Source: Nitrospirota bacterium
GTDB taxonomy: Bacteria; Nitrospirota; Nitrospiria; Nitrospirales; Nitrospiraceae
NCBI GenBank assembly: GCA_963703955.1
Contig: CAVPGK010000010.1
Coordinates: forward strand, 96,001-160,000
Direction: 5' to 3'
Length of the DNA: 64,000 nucleotides
The stretch's first letter is position 1; every line of letters starts with the position of its first letter. Position numbers and translations under genes: made by a program. The notes under the pieces are model-generated. The model saw nothing but the letters and a program-made list of their open reading frames with translations. It had not been told where the DNA came from and searched no databases. Below, one piece after another: positions 22,704-32,930 of this stretch.

Positions 22704-24149
22704 TCATTGAGGCGAAACCGCGTTGTACTCTGTCAATTCATAAGCCGACTGCGAGATCAACGGAGTTTTGGCAGCCTCCGTCTCCAAGTCCCGTAGAAGC
22801 CGTTGAAACTCCTTGTCGTTCCGGATGAGACGGGACGCGGCCAGGAGCAGGTCGTCGAGTTGATGATCGGTCAGCGCCAGATTCGTGGGAATTTTCATGA
22901 CGCGCGCCTGCTCCTCCGGATCTTCCAACTCCGACAAACTGACATTGATGAAGTAAATGTCGGCATCGGGCGTGAAGACACTCGGACCGGTCTGTGCTCG
23001 CTGGCGGAGTTGTGCCCGCCATAGTTTGACGGCCTGACCCATCAGTTCGAAGGTGTCGTCGGAGTACCGATTGATCGGGATGTCGATCAAGGCGTTCAAC
23101 ACCCGCGTGAGGCTGGGAAGTTCATCCAGTTTGTACTGGTTCACATCCGGATGGGTCTCCGCGCTCACCATCAGGTAGACGAGTTTCCGGATTGTTTTCA
23201 CCCCGAGCACCTGGAACGAGGCTTCGACGTCCTCAACGAGTGCGGCTAGCTCTAACACACTGCGCATGCCGATGTTGTCAGCCAACGCGCCGTCCAACAG
23301 ATGGATGTACGGGCGCTTCTCGGCATCGAGATACGACCGCAGCTCGGTCGCGCGCCTTCGGCCCCACGAGGTCCGGCTCTCCGCGCTAATGTACCGCGGC
23401 GGGTCAAATCCGCACTGCCCGGCGTAGTTCTTCAACGAAAGGGGACTGAGGATCAAGGGGAGTGCGCTCGATGCGGCGGTCGCAACCGACAGCGGCAGTT
23501 TGCTGAGATCGGAACAAATCAGGTCGAACTGTCGCTGGTTGAATTCGAACCGCGAGACGGTTGCCATGTCGGAGGCATGAAGGAAGATGATCGGCCGCTG
23601 ATCACTTGAGACGAGGTCATTGAACGTGTGCCGGTCGAACAGCGCTTCGTCCAGCAATTCGGAAAGGATGTGGGCACGGCCGAAATAGGGGGACAAGAGC
23701 CGTAGCCAATTTTTGGGAGACCGCAAGATCCGCGCGCGAAGTTCGCTCTCCCAATCTTTCCGAAGAAAGCGATATTCGAAGTCATGAAAAATGCGGTCGT
23801 GATAGAGCGCATAATACGCCGCCGTGAAGCTGCCGCCCGATAAGGCATTGATGATATTGATTTCGTCGACCAGTCGCTTCCGATGGCCTTCCCACACGAT
23901 CGGTGTCCGGGCCAGTTCCCGCAACACGCCGTAGGAGAGCGCTGACGCCCGCGCGCCGCCACCGGAGAAAGAGGCCACAATAAAGAAACTGTCCGTGCTG
24001 CCGGCCACGGACGGAGGGAGGTTGGCGTAACGATACCCGTAGGCAGGATTCCACCGAGGAAGCGGAGCGTTCATGGTGGGGCGCACATACTCGCAGCCGA
24101 GCGTCAGGCTCAGCAGAGCGATCAATAGCCATACGCCTGCCTGCTTCAT
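22704..24149 (-). CDS. Patatin-like phospholipase lipoprotein, paralog 1
   Basis: Lipobox TLGC, SFSGGGARAS, ALSGGSF nucleophile elbow and LLDGALADN. Confidence 0.85.
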   Translation of the reverse strand: MKQAGVWLLIALLSLTLGCEYVRPTMNAPLPRWNPAYGYRYANLPPSVAGSTDSFFIVASFSGGGARASALSYGVLRELARTPIVWEGHRKRLVDEINIINALSGGSFTAAYYALYHDRIFHDFEYRFLRKDWESELRARILRSPKNWLRLLSPYFGRAHILSELLDEALFDRHTFNDLVSSDQRPIIFLHASDMATVSRFEFNQRQFDLICSDLSKLPLSVATAASSALPLILSPLSLKNYAGQCGFDPPRYISAESRTSWGRRRATELRSYLDAEKRPYIHLLDGALADNIGMRSVLELAALVEDVEASFQVLGVKTIRKLVYLMVSAETHPDVNQYKLDELPSLTRVLNALIDIPINRYSDDTFELMGQAVKLWRAQLRQRAQTGPSVFTPDADIYFINVSLSELEDPEEQARVMKIPTNLALTDHQLDDLLLAASRLIRNDKEFQRLLRDLETEAAKTPLISQSAYELTEYNAVSPQ

Positions 24150-24723
24150 GAGTTGGGGAAGGTTACAAAGCAGAGAGACGGGTGTCAAGGTACCCAAGAA
24201 CTGGCATGATTGACAGGGTATTCTCTTCACTGTGCACTTCAGATGCAACCTTTTGCTTGCCCGTCATTTTGCTACCTCTCCGCTACCAGAACGGGACAAA
24301 CCAGCACGATCAGGGGGGACCATGATGGATCCCTGTCGGGCCGCAAGACACCACAGATCTAAGGACGCGCGATCGATCGCTATGGCTACCTTTGACTCTT
24401 ATCTTTTGGATGGTCGAGTTCGAAGTGTCCGGCAATGCGTCACGATTCGAGGGGGAAGGGCCGGCTATTGTTCCCCGCAACCCAGACGGTACATGAGCTG
24501 GGATGACGCCATCTCTCGTCGCCTCTCACGGTGTCGGGGAGGTCGAAGCCTGTTATAGAACCCTATGAATCAAAAAGCCTGGGTCCGTAGAAGAGTCCAG
24601 CTCCTGCGCCTCGTTGCTCAAAATGTGAAGACTCACTTCGTGATGGGAAACTCGACAAGGACCGTGTCTTCATGCCGGATGGCGATGAGTTTCATCAATG
24701 GTGAGTCGGCGCATCTTCATTTC

Positions 24724-25440
24724 TCACGCTTTCGGCGGGACGCAGTTCTGTCCCCCCCGCTCTGTGCACAACCTGAACCGGGCTTGCTCCGCCCAGAACT
24801 CCAAGGTCTTGTAGACGTCATCCCAGGAATCAAACGAGTCCGGATCCAGGCGTTTCTTGCCGACACGCCGGTCGGCTGAGGCTCCCAGTACCTCGCCGGT
24901 TTGAGCATCGGAGATCTTCATTTCGATGCTGGCGTCCCCGACAAAAAGAGGCTTCCCGGTTCCGAGGTCTTTGAGCAGCGAGCCGAGGGCGAAGGCGTTC
25001 ATGGGAGCGGGGATGGTTGAGACAGCGCGCAACACCACATAGGCGGGGTCCGCTCTCGTGATCGCGGCCTGAATGCGCAGAGTATTCGGGCCAGGCTCAG
25101 AAACCATTTCGTAGTCTTTCGACAGGCTGAGGTAGGCAAGGCCGTAGAGGATATCAGCGATATGTTGGGCGTTCTTTTGCCGAGTCACATCGGTGGTAGG
25201 GGGACCCCAGACCTGGGCATGATCCAAGAGCATCTTCTTGTAAGTCCCGCGTGGAATGGTGGCAACCTTGGGGTTCTTGTAAAGCAGGAGCGCTTCCCCC
25301 TTTTCGCCCTTGTGCATCAGCGGGTAGAGATCGCCAAGGAAGCCGGATGTTTCAACCGACCGAGCCTGCTTGGTCGGCGCACATCCGATGAGCAAAGTCG
25401 TCAAGACAAGAACCACAAGGATGCGGGTAATAGCAATCAT
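24724..25440 (-). CDS. DUF3313-family lipoprotein
   Basis: Lipobox LIGC, SGFLGD, PGPNTLRIQAAIT and DAQTGEVLGASADRRVG. Confidence 0.8.
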   Translation of the reverse strand: MIAITRILVVLVLTTLLIGCAPTKQARSVETSGFLGDLYPLMHKGEKGEALLLYKNPKVATIPRGTYKKMLLDHAQVWGPPTTDVTRQKNAQHIADILYGLAYLSLSKDYEMVSEPGPNTLRIQAAITRADPAYVVLRAVSTIPAPMNAFALGSLLKDLGTGKPLFVGDASIEMKISDAQTGEVLGASADRRVGKKRLDPDSFDSWDDVYKTLEFWAEQARFRLCTERGGQNCVPPKA

Positions 25441-25695
25441 GGGATGTCTCCTGGCTGGTACGGAGCCTCTCCAGGAATCTTCCTGCTCGACGGTGGTGGT
25501 AGTAGCATCTGATCAAGACCTAAAAGCTAAGTGCCGTAGATAGCCATCGATCCGCGCCGACAGACGATCCGATGGTAGTTGATGGCTTTGAAGCACCGGA
25601 GCCTATCTCACCTCCCACAGGATTGCAAACGCTCTTTCGAAGTGGTATGAGACCCGCGCCGAAGGGGAGCAGCCTCAATCGTGATCGGGAAGACC

Positions 25696-26316
25696 ATGAC
25701 GCACTCGGCTCAGATAACCATGTTGGTCGGGTTGGTGCTGACCGCCGGTGTGCTGACCGGCTGCGGGGGAGCCTCAGTCTATGCACGGGCCGCCAAGGCT
25801 CAAGCCAGCGAGTTGAATGTCTTGGCCCAAGCGCGCGACGACAGATTGAAGATGCACCTGCGCGAGGCGATCCTCGCCGACCAGGCCTTATCCGCTCTCA
25901 CCATTGCTCCTTACGTGTTCATGGAGCGCGGATTCGTCGTCGGACACGTCGGCAGCGCAGAGCAGGCTGAAGCCGTGCTTCGCGCCGCTCGAGGTGTGTC
26001 AGGCCTCCGCTCAGTAGACGGGTACCTTCCGGTCAAGCATTCCTCTCCGCAAACCAGTGTTGTGTCGAATACCGCCTCCGACGCGACGATCACGGCCGAA
26101 ACTAAGTCGGCCCTCGGGCTTGCTGGAGTTGTTGTGAGGCGGGTCAGCGTAGAGACGTTTGATGGGCAGGTCGTGTTGCTCGGGGTGGTATCCTCCGAAC
26201 AGGAGCGACTCCAAGCCGAACGAGCCGCGGCGGGTGTGAACGGCGTTCATGGCGTCACAAACTGGCTGTTGTTGCCGGAATCCGAATATTCGACGGTGCG
26301 GCCAAAGCTCAGGTAG
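25696..26316 (+). CDS. Dual BON-domain (OsmY/DolP-like) lipoprotein
   Basis: Lipobox LTGC; two BON repeats (SDATITAETKSAL...VSVETFDGQVVLLGVV...GVHGVTNWL). Confidence 0.8.
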   Translation: MTHSAQITMLVGLVLTAGVLTGCGGASVYARAAKAQASELNVLAQARDDRLKMHLREAILADQALSALTIAPYVFMERGFVVGHVGSAEQAEAVLRAARGVSGLRSVDGYLPVKHSSPQTSVVSNTASDATITAETKSALGLAGVVVRRVSVETFDGQVVLLGVVSSEQERLQAERAAAGVNGVHGVTNWLLLPESEYSTVRPKLR

Positions 26317-26326
26317 GTTGGATAGG

Positions 26327-27697
26327 ATGAACATTCTTCGTTCCTCGGTCGTTGCACTCATGTTGGCGGCCTTCACCGGGTGCGAGTATGTCCGGCCTAC
26401 CCTCAATGCTCCACTTGAGCGGTGGGATCAACGGTACGGGTACCGGTACACCAATTTCCCTCAAGCTCCTGACGGCAGCACGGACAGCCTTTTTTTCGTG
26501 GCCTCGTTTTCGGGCGGAGGCATGCGCGCCTCGACCCTTGCCTACGGGGCCTTGCAAGAACTCGCCCGCACGTCGATCATGTGGGAAGGACGCCAAGAGC
26601 GCCTGCTCGATGAACTGAGCATCGTCACGGCGCTGTCCGGCGGCAGTTTCACGGCTGCCTACTATGCGCTGTATGGCGATCGGATCTTCCACGACTTTGA
26701 ATACCGTTTTTTGCGGAAAGATTGGGAACACGAGCTCAAGTCTCGGATGTTCTGGTCGCCGTACAACTGGTTCCGTCTCTTATCCCCATATTTCGGTCGC
26801 ACCCACATCCTGTCGGAACTCCTGGATGAAGCCTTGTTTGACGGCCATACCTACGGCGACCTGCTGAGACGTGGTCACCAACCGATGGTGTATATCCACG
26901 CCTCCGACATGGCCATGCTGTCCCGCTTTGAGTTCAACCAGCGTCAGTTCGACATCATCTGTTCGGACCTCAGTCAACTGCCGATCGCCACGGCGACCGC
27001 CGCCTCCAGCGCCCTTCCCTTGCTCCTCAGCCCAATCTCACTGAAGAACTATGCCGGGCGCTGTGGATACCAGCCGCCGCCGTGGTTACAAGAAGCACAC
27101 AAGACCGCGACGGGGCAACAGCGGGCCAATGAGCTCCGGTCCTACTTCGATTCGAAGAAGCGTCCGTATGTCCATCTGTTGGACGGTGGGTTGGCAGACA
27201 ATGTCGGGATGCGGAGCATGGTGGAGACGGTTGCACTCGTGGGAGATGTTGAAACACTGTTTAAGGTCCTCGGGGTCAAGACGGTCCGAAAGCTGGTCTT
27301 CCTGGTGGTGAGGGCGGAAACTCTCCCGGATATGTCCTCCTACCAGTTCAGTAAGATTCCGTCTCTCTCTCGAGCGTTGGATGCGCTCGTTGACATCCCG
27401 ATCAATCGATACTCCATTGACACACTCCACCTCATGCGTCTGGGTGTGGATGGGTGGAGGACTGAACTCCGACACCGAAAGCAGAACACGGAGAGCGTGT
27501 TTGCGCCTGATGCCGACGTGTATTTCATCAATGCCAGTCTGAGTGAATTGGAGGATGCGGACGAGCGCGAGTATCTCATGAAGATTCCGACGACCCTGCA
27601 GCTCAATGATGAACAGATCGATCGGCTGCTCGCCGCTGCGACTCACCTGATCCGCAATGACCCGGATTTTCAGCGTCTGATGCGTGACCTGCAGTAG
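26327..27697 (+). CDS. Patatin-like phospholipase lipoprotein, paralog 2
   Basis: Lipobox FTGC, SFSGGGMRAS, ALSGGSF and LLDGGLADN; collinear and clearly similar to 22704-24149. Confidence 0.85.
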   Translation: MNILRSSVVALMLAAFTGCEYVRPTLNAPLERWDQRYGYRYTNFPQAPDGSTDSLFFVASFSGGGMRASTLAYGALQELARTSIMWEGRQERLLDELSIVTALSGGSFTAAYYALYGDRIFHDFEYRFLRKDWEHELKSRMFWSPYNWFRLLSPYFGRTHILSELLDEALFDGHTYGDLLRRGHQPMVYIHASDMAMLSRFEFNQRQFDIICSDLSQLPIATATAASSALPLLLSPISLKNYAGRCGYQPPPWLQEAHKTATGQQRANELRSYFDSKKRPYVHLLDGGLADNVGMRSMVETVALVGDVETLFKVLGVKTVRKLVFLVVRAETLPDMSSYQFSKIPSLSRALDALVDIPINRYSIDTLHLMRLGVDGWRTELRHRKQNTESVFAPDADVYFINASLSELEDADEREYLMKIPTTLQLNDEQIDRLLAAATHLIRNDPDFQRLMRDLQ

Positions 27698-27728
27698 CGG
27701 CGAGGTAGGCGCCCGCCTTGCAGGTCCC

Positions 27729-27827
27729 ATGGTGTGGTCGGCGCATCTCGCTCTCACGCTTTCGGCGGGGCGCAGTTCGGTCCCCCCCGGCTCTATGCAC
27801 AACCTGAACCGAGTTTGCTCCGCCCAG
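27729..27827 (-). pseudogene. Degenerate copy of the 3' end and downstream flank of the DUF3313 gene (direct repeat of 24698-24796)
   Basis: Near-identical CTCACGCTTTCGGCGGG.CGCAGTTC.GTCCCCCCC...GCACAACCTGAACCG.G.TTGCTCCGCCCAG at both sites; encodes WAEQTRFRLC. Confidence 0.8.
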
Positions 27828-27883
27828 GGAGCTATCGCTTGTCCAGGTGGGGTCAGTCTTTCCAATTCTCACCATTTCGGTCG

Positions 27884-28177
27884 TTATGATGCTTTTGCCG
27901 GTCTCTTGTTGAATTCCATTTGGACACGCTCCGCCACAAATAATTTGAGTAGCGTCTGATATGGCACGTCATGTTTATTGGCTAGTATCTTCAGTTGTTC
28001 TAGCAGCGACTTTGGGAGTCGCAGGGAAATAGTTTCAGTTGAGGGTTTTAAACGAGGAAATAGCGTCCGTTTCGCTTTCGAATAATCAACATAGTCCGCC
28101 GAATCGTGTGTGGACCAGAAGTCGGACTCCTGCTTTTCATTCTTGAATTTCGGCATCTTTTTTAGTTTGCTCATCAT
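27884..28177 (-). CDS. BrnA/CopG-like antitoxin
   Basis: PKFKNEKQESDFWSTHDS...TISLRLPKSLLEQLKILANKHDVPYQTLLK; directly downstream of brnT. Confidence 0.85.
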   Translation of the reverse strand: MMSKLKKMPKFKNEKQESDFWSTHDSADYVDYSKAKRTLFPRLKPSTETISLRLPKSLLEQLKILANKHDVPYQTLLKLFVAERVQMEFNKRPAKAS

Positions 28178-28457
28178 ACCTGCTCCGTTCCTTCTTGCTC
28201 ATGTCCCTCGCCGAGATAACCCGAATGCGTTGATTCCTCACTGTAAAGACGATGAAAAGGAGGCGGCCCGTGTCAGTCCTTCCTAATACGAAATACCGTC
28301 CCTCTGCGACCGAATGCCGAATATCCTCAGTCACAACCAGAGGTTCATTGAAAAATACCTGCTCACATTCTGGAAGCGTGACGTGATGCTTCTTCCAGTT
28401 CTTTGTCTGGTTTCCTTCGTCCCAATCAAATCCCTCAAGCCTTGCGAGGTCGTTCAT
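28137..28457 (-). CDS. brnT: BrnT-family ribonuclease toxin
   Basis: GFDWDEGNQTKNWKKHHV...HS..EGRYFVLGRT...FTVRNQRIRVISARDM. Confidence 0.9.
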   Translation of the reverse strand: MNDLARLEGFDWDEGNQTKNWKKHHVTLPECEQVFFNEPLVVTEDIRHSVAEGRYFVLGRTDTGRLLFIVFTVRNQRIRVISARDMSKKERSRYDEQTKKDAEIQE

Positions 28458-28467
28458 CCGATCGTTC

Positions 28468-28506
28468 GTATATGATAACCATATACATCTAGATTGGCCA
28501 TGTCAA
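28468..28506 (-). promoter_or_regulatory. sigma70 promoter of brnTA with an overlapping palindromic operator
   Basis: Minus strand TTGACA-N17-TATGGT; palindrome GTATATG-ataac-CATATAC (28468-28486) covers the -10 box. Confidence 0.65.
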
Positions 28507-28788
28507 CAAATCATCCGTGAAGTGGCGGAGTACCCCCCAAGCATTCGAAGGTGGTCCGCTTCTCCGCCATCCCTGGAATCGACTCCCATTAAGTGGCCTT
28601 TCATTTCGTTCGAGCCTGCAAATACTAGTATTTCTTCTCTTCAACGTGTTGACACGCTCCCGGGTAAAAAGTAGCCTTGGTCACGTTAACCACCCACTCA
28701 GCGCCATGGCAACGATCTATCCGTCATCCAAAGGTTCGTTCCCTGGTTAGCGCAGCAGTGCGGTTTGATCGGACCGGGAAGAGACCAC

Positions 28789-31294
28789 ATGCCTCCGGAA
28801 AACTTCGATGTGTTTCTGAGTTACCACTGGCGTGATCATGCACCTGTAGAAGCGCTTGCACGACGGTTGCGCGAGCAGGACCTCACGGTCTTTCTCGACC
28901 GATGGTATCTCACGCCGGGGCAATCATGGCCGAAGGCATTGGAGGCGACCCTTGCGCAATGTCGAGCGGTGGCCGTCTGCATCGGGCAGGGCGAAATGGG
29001 ACCGTGGCAGCAGCGGGAGCAATATCTCGCGCTGGAGCGGCAGGTGGCGGCTGAGCGCCGTGGTCAACACTTTCCCGTCATTCCCGTTCTGCTCCCCGGC
29101 GCAGAACCGCCGCTGGGGTTTCTCAGTCAAAATACCTGGGTCGATTTGCGCTCGCGTGTCGACGATCCGACCCTGCTCAACACGCTCGTCAGAGCCATAC
29201 ACGGCCAGTCGCCTGGCCCGGATGCGCAAGAAACGATCCGTGAGACGCTCACCAGCATCTGCCCCTACCGGGGCCTCCTTTATTTCCGCGAGGAGGACGC
29301 CCCATTCTTTTTTGGACGTGAAGAGGCCATCACTGAGCTGGTTCGCGCCGTTCAGCAGCACAGCCTTGTAGCGGTTGTCGGGGCCTCGGGCAGCGGGAAG
29401 TCCTCGGTCGTGAGGGCAGGACTCGTGCCGACTTTACGGAGAAGTCGTGAGCGAGTCTGGGAGGTGGCCACCTTCGTGCCGACCGATCGTCCGATCTATT
29501 CGCTCGCAGCAGTGCTCATGCCGTTCCTCGAGCCGGACATGAGCGAGACCGCCCGGTTGATAGAAACGAATAACCTGGTTGATGCCCTGGTGGAAAGGAA
29601 AGTCAAGCTGCGCGATGTCGCTGATCGCCTTCTTGCGAAGCAGCCCGGCACAGACCGGCTGCTCCTCATCGTTGATCAGTGGGAAGAGTTGTTCACGCTC
29701 TGTCAGGACGACGCCGCACGCCGGTGCTTCATCGACAGTGTGCTGGATACCACGGCCACGACGAGGGTGAGCGTGGTGCTCACCCTGCGAGGAGACTTTT
29801 TGGGTCGCGCCATTACCGCCTATCGGCCCCTGTCGGATCGTGTGCAAGGCGCCCAAGTGAACTTAGGGCCGATGAATCGGGAGGAATTGCGCCTTGCCAT
29901 CCAAGAGCCGGCACGCCAAGTGGGGCTGACGTTTGAAGCAGGCCTCATCGATCTGATTGTGGAGCAAGCCGGTGACGAACCCGGCCATTTACCCTTGCTT
30001 GAATTCGTGCTTCGGCAGCTCTGGGAGCAACGGCGAGGAGGGGAACTTCACCATGAAGCTTACAAGGCCATGGGGCAACTGCATGGCGCCGTCGCCCAAA
30101 AAGCCGAGGCTCTGTACGAACGATTGAATACGCAACAACAACGAGCCCTGCATAGGATTTTCATGCGTTTGGTTCGCCCTGGCGAGGGCGAGGCGGATAC
30201 GAGACGACGGGCGACCTTCGCGGATCTCGGCGAAGAGGCGCGACCTCTAGTGAAAACACTCGCCGATGCGCGATTGTTGGTGACTTCCCAGCGTCAAGGC
30301 AGTGCGCAGGAAACGATTGAGGTGTCGCACGAGGCGTTGATCCACCATTGGAAGCGACTCGAAACGTGGGTGGACGCGGACCGCCCATTTCTCGCCTGGC
30401 AACAGGGGCTGAACGTGGCGATGAAAGCGTGGGAAGACCAGCAAGGGGCACTCCGATTTCTTGCTCCGCGGGCGTCCGCTGGACGAAGCGTTGGATTGGC
30501 TCCGGAAAAAGTCCGAGGAACTCTCGCCACGCGAACGAGAGTATCTGGCGGCCAGCAAGAAACGCAAGATCAGAGAGCGCGTTGTCGTCGCTATCGCCGC
30601 CAGCCTCGTCCTTGCGCTGGTTGGTTGGCCGATCGCTTGGTTGTGGAAGGAAGGGGTAACGGTCCAATATGCCTGGTCGGTTCTGCGGGTGAGGTTGCCT
30701 CTGGTTCAGGTCCCCGAACCGGAGATGGTGCCAATTCCCGGTAAGCCGTATGCCATGGGGCGCTACGAAGTCACCTTTGAGGAATACGATGCGTATGCAA
30801 GATTAACCGGGCGACGAGTGCCGACCGATCACGACTGGGGTCGAGAGAAGCGTCCCGTGATCAACGTGTCGTGGGAGGATGGAGTGGCATACGCGAAGTG
30901 GCTGTCACAAGCCACGGGTAAACGTTACCGACTGCCGACAGAAACCGAGTGGGAGTATGCGGCGCGAAGCGGAGGGAAAAACGACATCTGGCCTGGAACC
31001 TCAGACGAGAGTCAATTAAAGGACTACGCGGTGTACAACACAGATCGCACAGAGCCTGTCGGCGGGAGAAAACCCAACGCTCTCGAGCTGTATGACATGA
31101 GCGGGAATGTGTGGGAGTGGGTGCAAGATTGCTACGACAAAGCGTATGAGGACAACTGCCGCCTGCGGGTGATCCGCGGTGGGTCCTGGCTCGGCACTCC
31201 GGAGGACTTGCGTGCCTCGAACCGGAATGGGGCCGACGCTGGCGACCGGGTCGGCGCCATCGGCTTTCGTCTGGCCCAAGACCGTCCGCAATAA
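28789..31294 (+). CDS. DGR target protein: TIR - STAND NTPase (nSTAND1-like) - transmembrane segment - FGE-sulfatase/CLec-fold domain (one frameshift near 30450)
   Basis: TIR: FDVFLSYH, VFLDRW, GPWQQRE, PVIPVLLPG. STAND: CPYRGLLYFREED..FFGRE, GASGSGKSS, LIVDQWEELF, LPLLEFVL, EVSHEALI. Hydrophobic [74 protein letters not shown]...IGFRLA. Confidence 0.9.
31169..31279 (+). repeat. DGR variable repeat VR1 (3' end of the target gene)
   Basis: 111 bp gapless alignment to TR. Manual count gives 19 mismatches opposite TR adenines and 8 non-A mismatches, all synonymous. Confidence 0.92.
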
Positions 31295-31375
31295 CCCTGT
31301 GCCCTTTGCCTTTTGGACCCTTTGCCTCTTCTCCGATGCCAGGGGTTATGAATCGGTGAAAAATCTCATGGACGA

Positions 31376-31735
31376 ATGATGGCTTCCACCGTGCCCCAGG
31401 CCGTGCAATCGTGCCATGACCTGCTCCTGTGGCTGATTCCGCAGCTCGACAATTTCCGCGCTCGCGCCGGTTCACGCTGGGTGAACGAATAGAAGCCGGG
31501 GTGCTCGACGTGCTGGAGCTGCTCGTTGAAGCGGCGTATACGCGCACCAAGGAGGCAGCGCTGCGGCGCGCGAATCTGCGGCTGGAGGTGGTGCGCCACC
31601 TGTGGAGACTTGCCCACGAACTGAAGGTCATGGCGACCCGCCAGTACGAGCATGGGGCGAGGTTGATCGACGATCTTGGGCCGGCAGATCGGCGGCTGGC
31701 TCCGCAGCCGGGACACCTCGCAGGCAAGCACATGA
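31376..31735 (+). CDS. avd: DGR accessory variability determinant (four-helix bundle; frameshifts near 31452 and 31680)
   Basis: QSCHDLLLWLIPQLD.FPRSRRFTLGERIE...ANLRLEVVRHLWRLAHEL...QYEHGARLIDDLGRQIGGW; its stop overlaps the RT start (ATGA). Confidence 0.88.
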
Positions 31736-32823
31736 AACGGCTCGGCGGTATCTTGGCCACAGCTGGTGAGTTTCGAGAATCTACTCAGCGCGTATCGCAA
31801 GGCGCGGCGGGGCAAAGGCGGCACGTCTGGCGTGGCGGAGTTCGGCCTGGATCTGGAGCGGGAGCTAATCGCACTGCAACGCGAGCTGCAAGAACGGCGA
31901 CTATCGGCCCGGGGATTACCGCCTGTTCACGATCTATGACCGCAAGCCGCGTGTCATCGCGGCGGCGCCGTTTCGCGACCGGGTCGTGCACCACGCGGTG
32001 ATGAATCTCATCGAGCCGCCGCTGGACCGCACGTTCATTGCAGATTCCTACGCCTGCCGCCGCGGCAAGGGTGTGCATGCTGCGGTGGATCGCTATCAGG
32101 CCTGGGCGCAGACTTATCGGTACGTCTTGAAAATGGACGTGCGGCAGTACTTCCCATCCATCGATCACGAACTGCTGAAGGACAAGCTGCGCCGGCGCAT
32201 CAAAGACCGGCGTGTCTTGGACCTGTTGGATCGCATCATCGACGGCTCTCCCAGATGGCAACGCCGAGCCTATGCTACTTTCCCGGTGACGACCTGTTCA
32301 CGCCGTTGGAACGGCGCGCGGGAATTCCGATCGGCAATCTGACGAGTCAGTTCTTCGCCAATCTGTATCTGGACGACCTCGACCATTACATCAAACAGGT
32401 GCTTGAACGTCAGACCCTACCTGCGCTACGTGGACGATATGGTGGTGCTGGATAACGACAAGGTTCGACTGGCTGACATTCGTGCGGCCGTCCGTGAGCG
32501 GCTCGCGGCCGATCGGCTTCGGCTTCACCCCAACAAGGCGCATGTGACGCGCGTGGCGCGACGGGCTGAATCTGCTCGGCTATGTCGTGTATCCCGATCG
32601 CCGCCGTTTGCGCAACGATAACGGTCACCGGTTCGCGCGCAAACTTCGCGGCATGGCGAAGGCGTATTACGCTGCGAGCGTCTGGACTGGGCCAGAGGTC
32701 AGGGCCTCGATTCAGAGCTGGATCGGCCATGCGAAGCATGCCGACACCGAGGGTCTTCGTCGAGCGATCTTCTCCCAGGCTGGTTTCACAAGGGGAGCGG
32801 GCCAAGCGACGGGCAGCGTGTGA
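31732..32823 (+). CDS. DGR-class reverse transcriptase (about 6-7 single-base frameshifts)
   Basis: [63 protein letters not shown]-type [24 protein letters not shown] and LRLHPNK. Confidence 0.92.
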
Positions 32824-32930
32824 TCCGCGGCGGTTCCTGGAACAACAAACCGGAGAACCTGCGTGCGTCGAACCGGAACAGGAACAACGCCGACAACCGG
32901 AACAACAACATCGGCTTTCGTCTTGCCCAG
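32820..32930 (+). repeat. DGR template repeat (TR)
   Basis: GTGATCCGCGGCGGTTCCTGGAACAACAAACCGGAG...AACAACAACATCGGCTTTCGTCTTGCCCAG contains 11 AAC triplets in the VR frame, aligns to VR1 and VR2, and overlaps the RT stop codon. Confidence 0.93.

Noticed and set aside
31732..32823. RT as a group II intron, retron or CRISPR-associated RT
   Set aside because: It is short with no maturase or endonuclease extension, carries the DGR-type IGNLTSQ motif, and is flanked by avd and a TR/VR pair.
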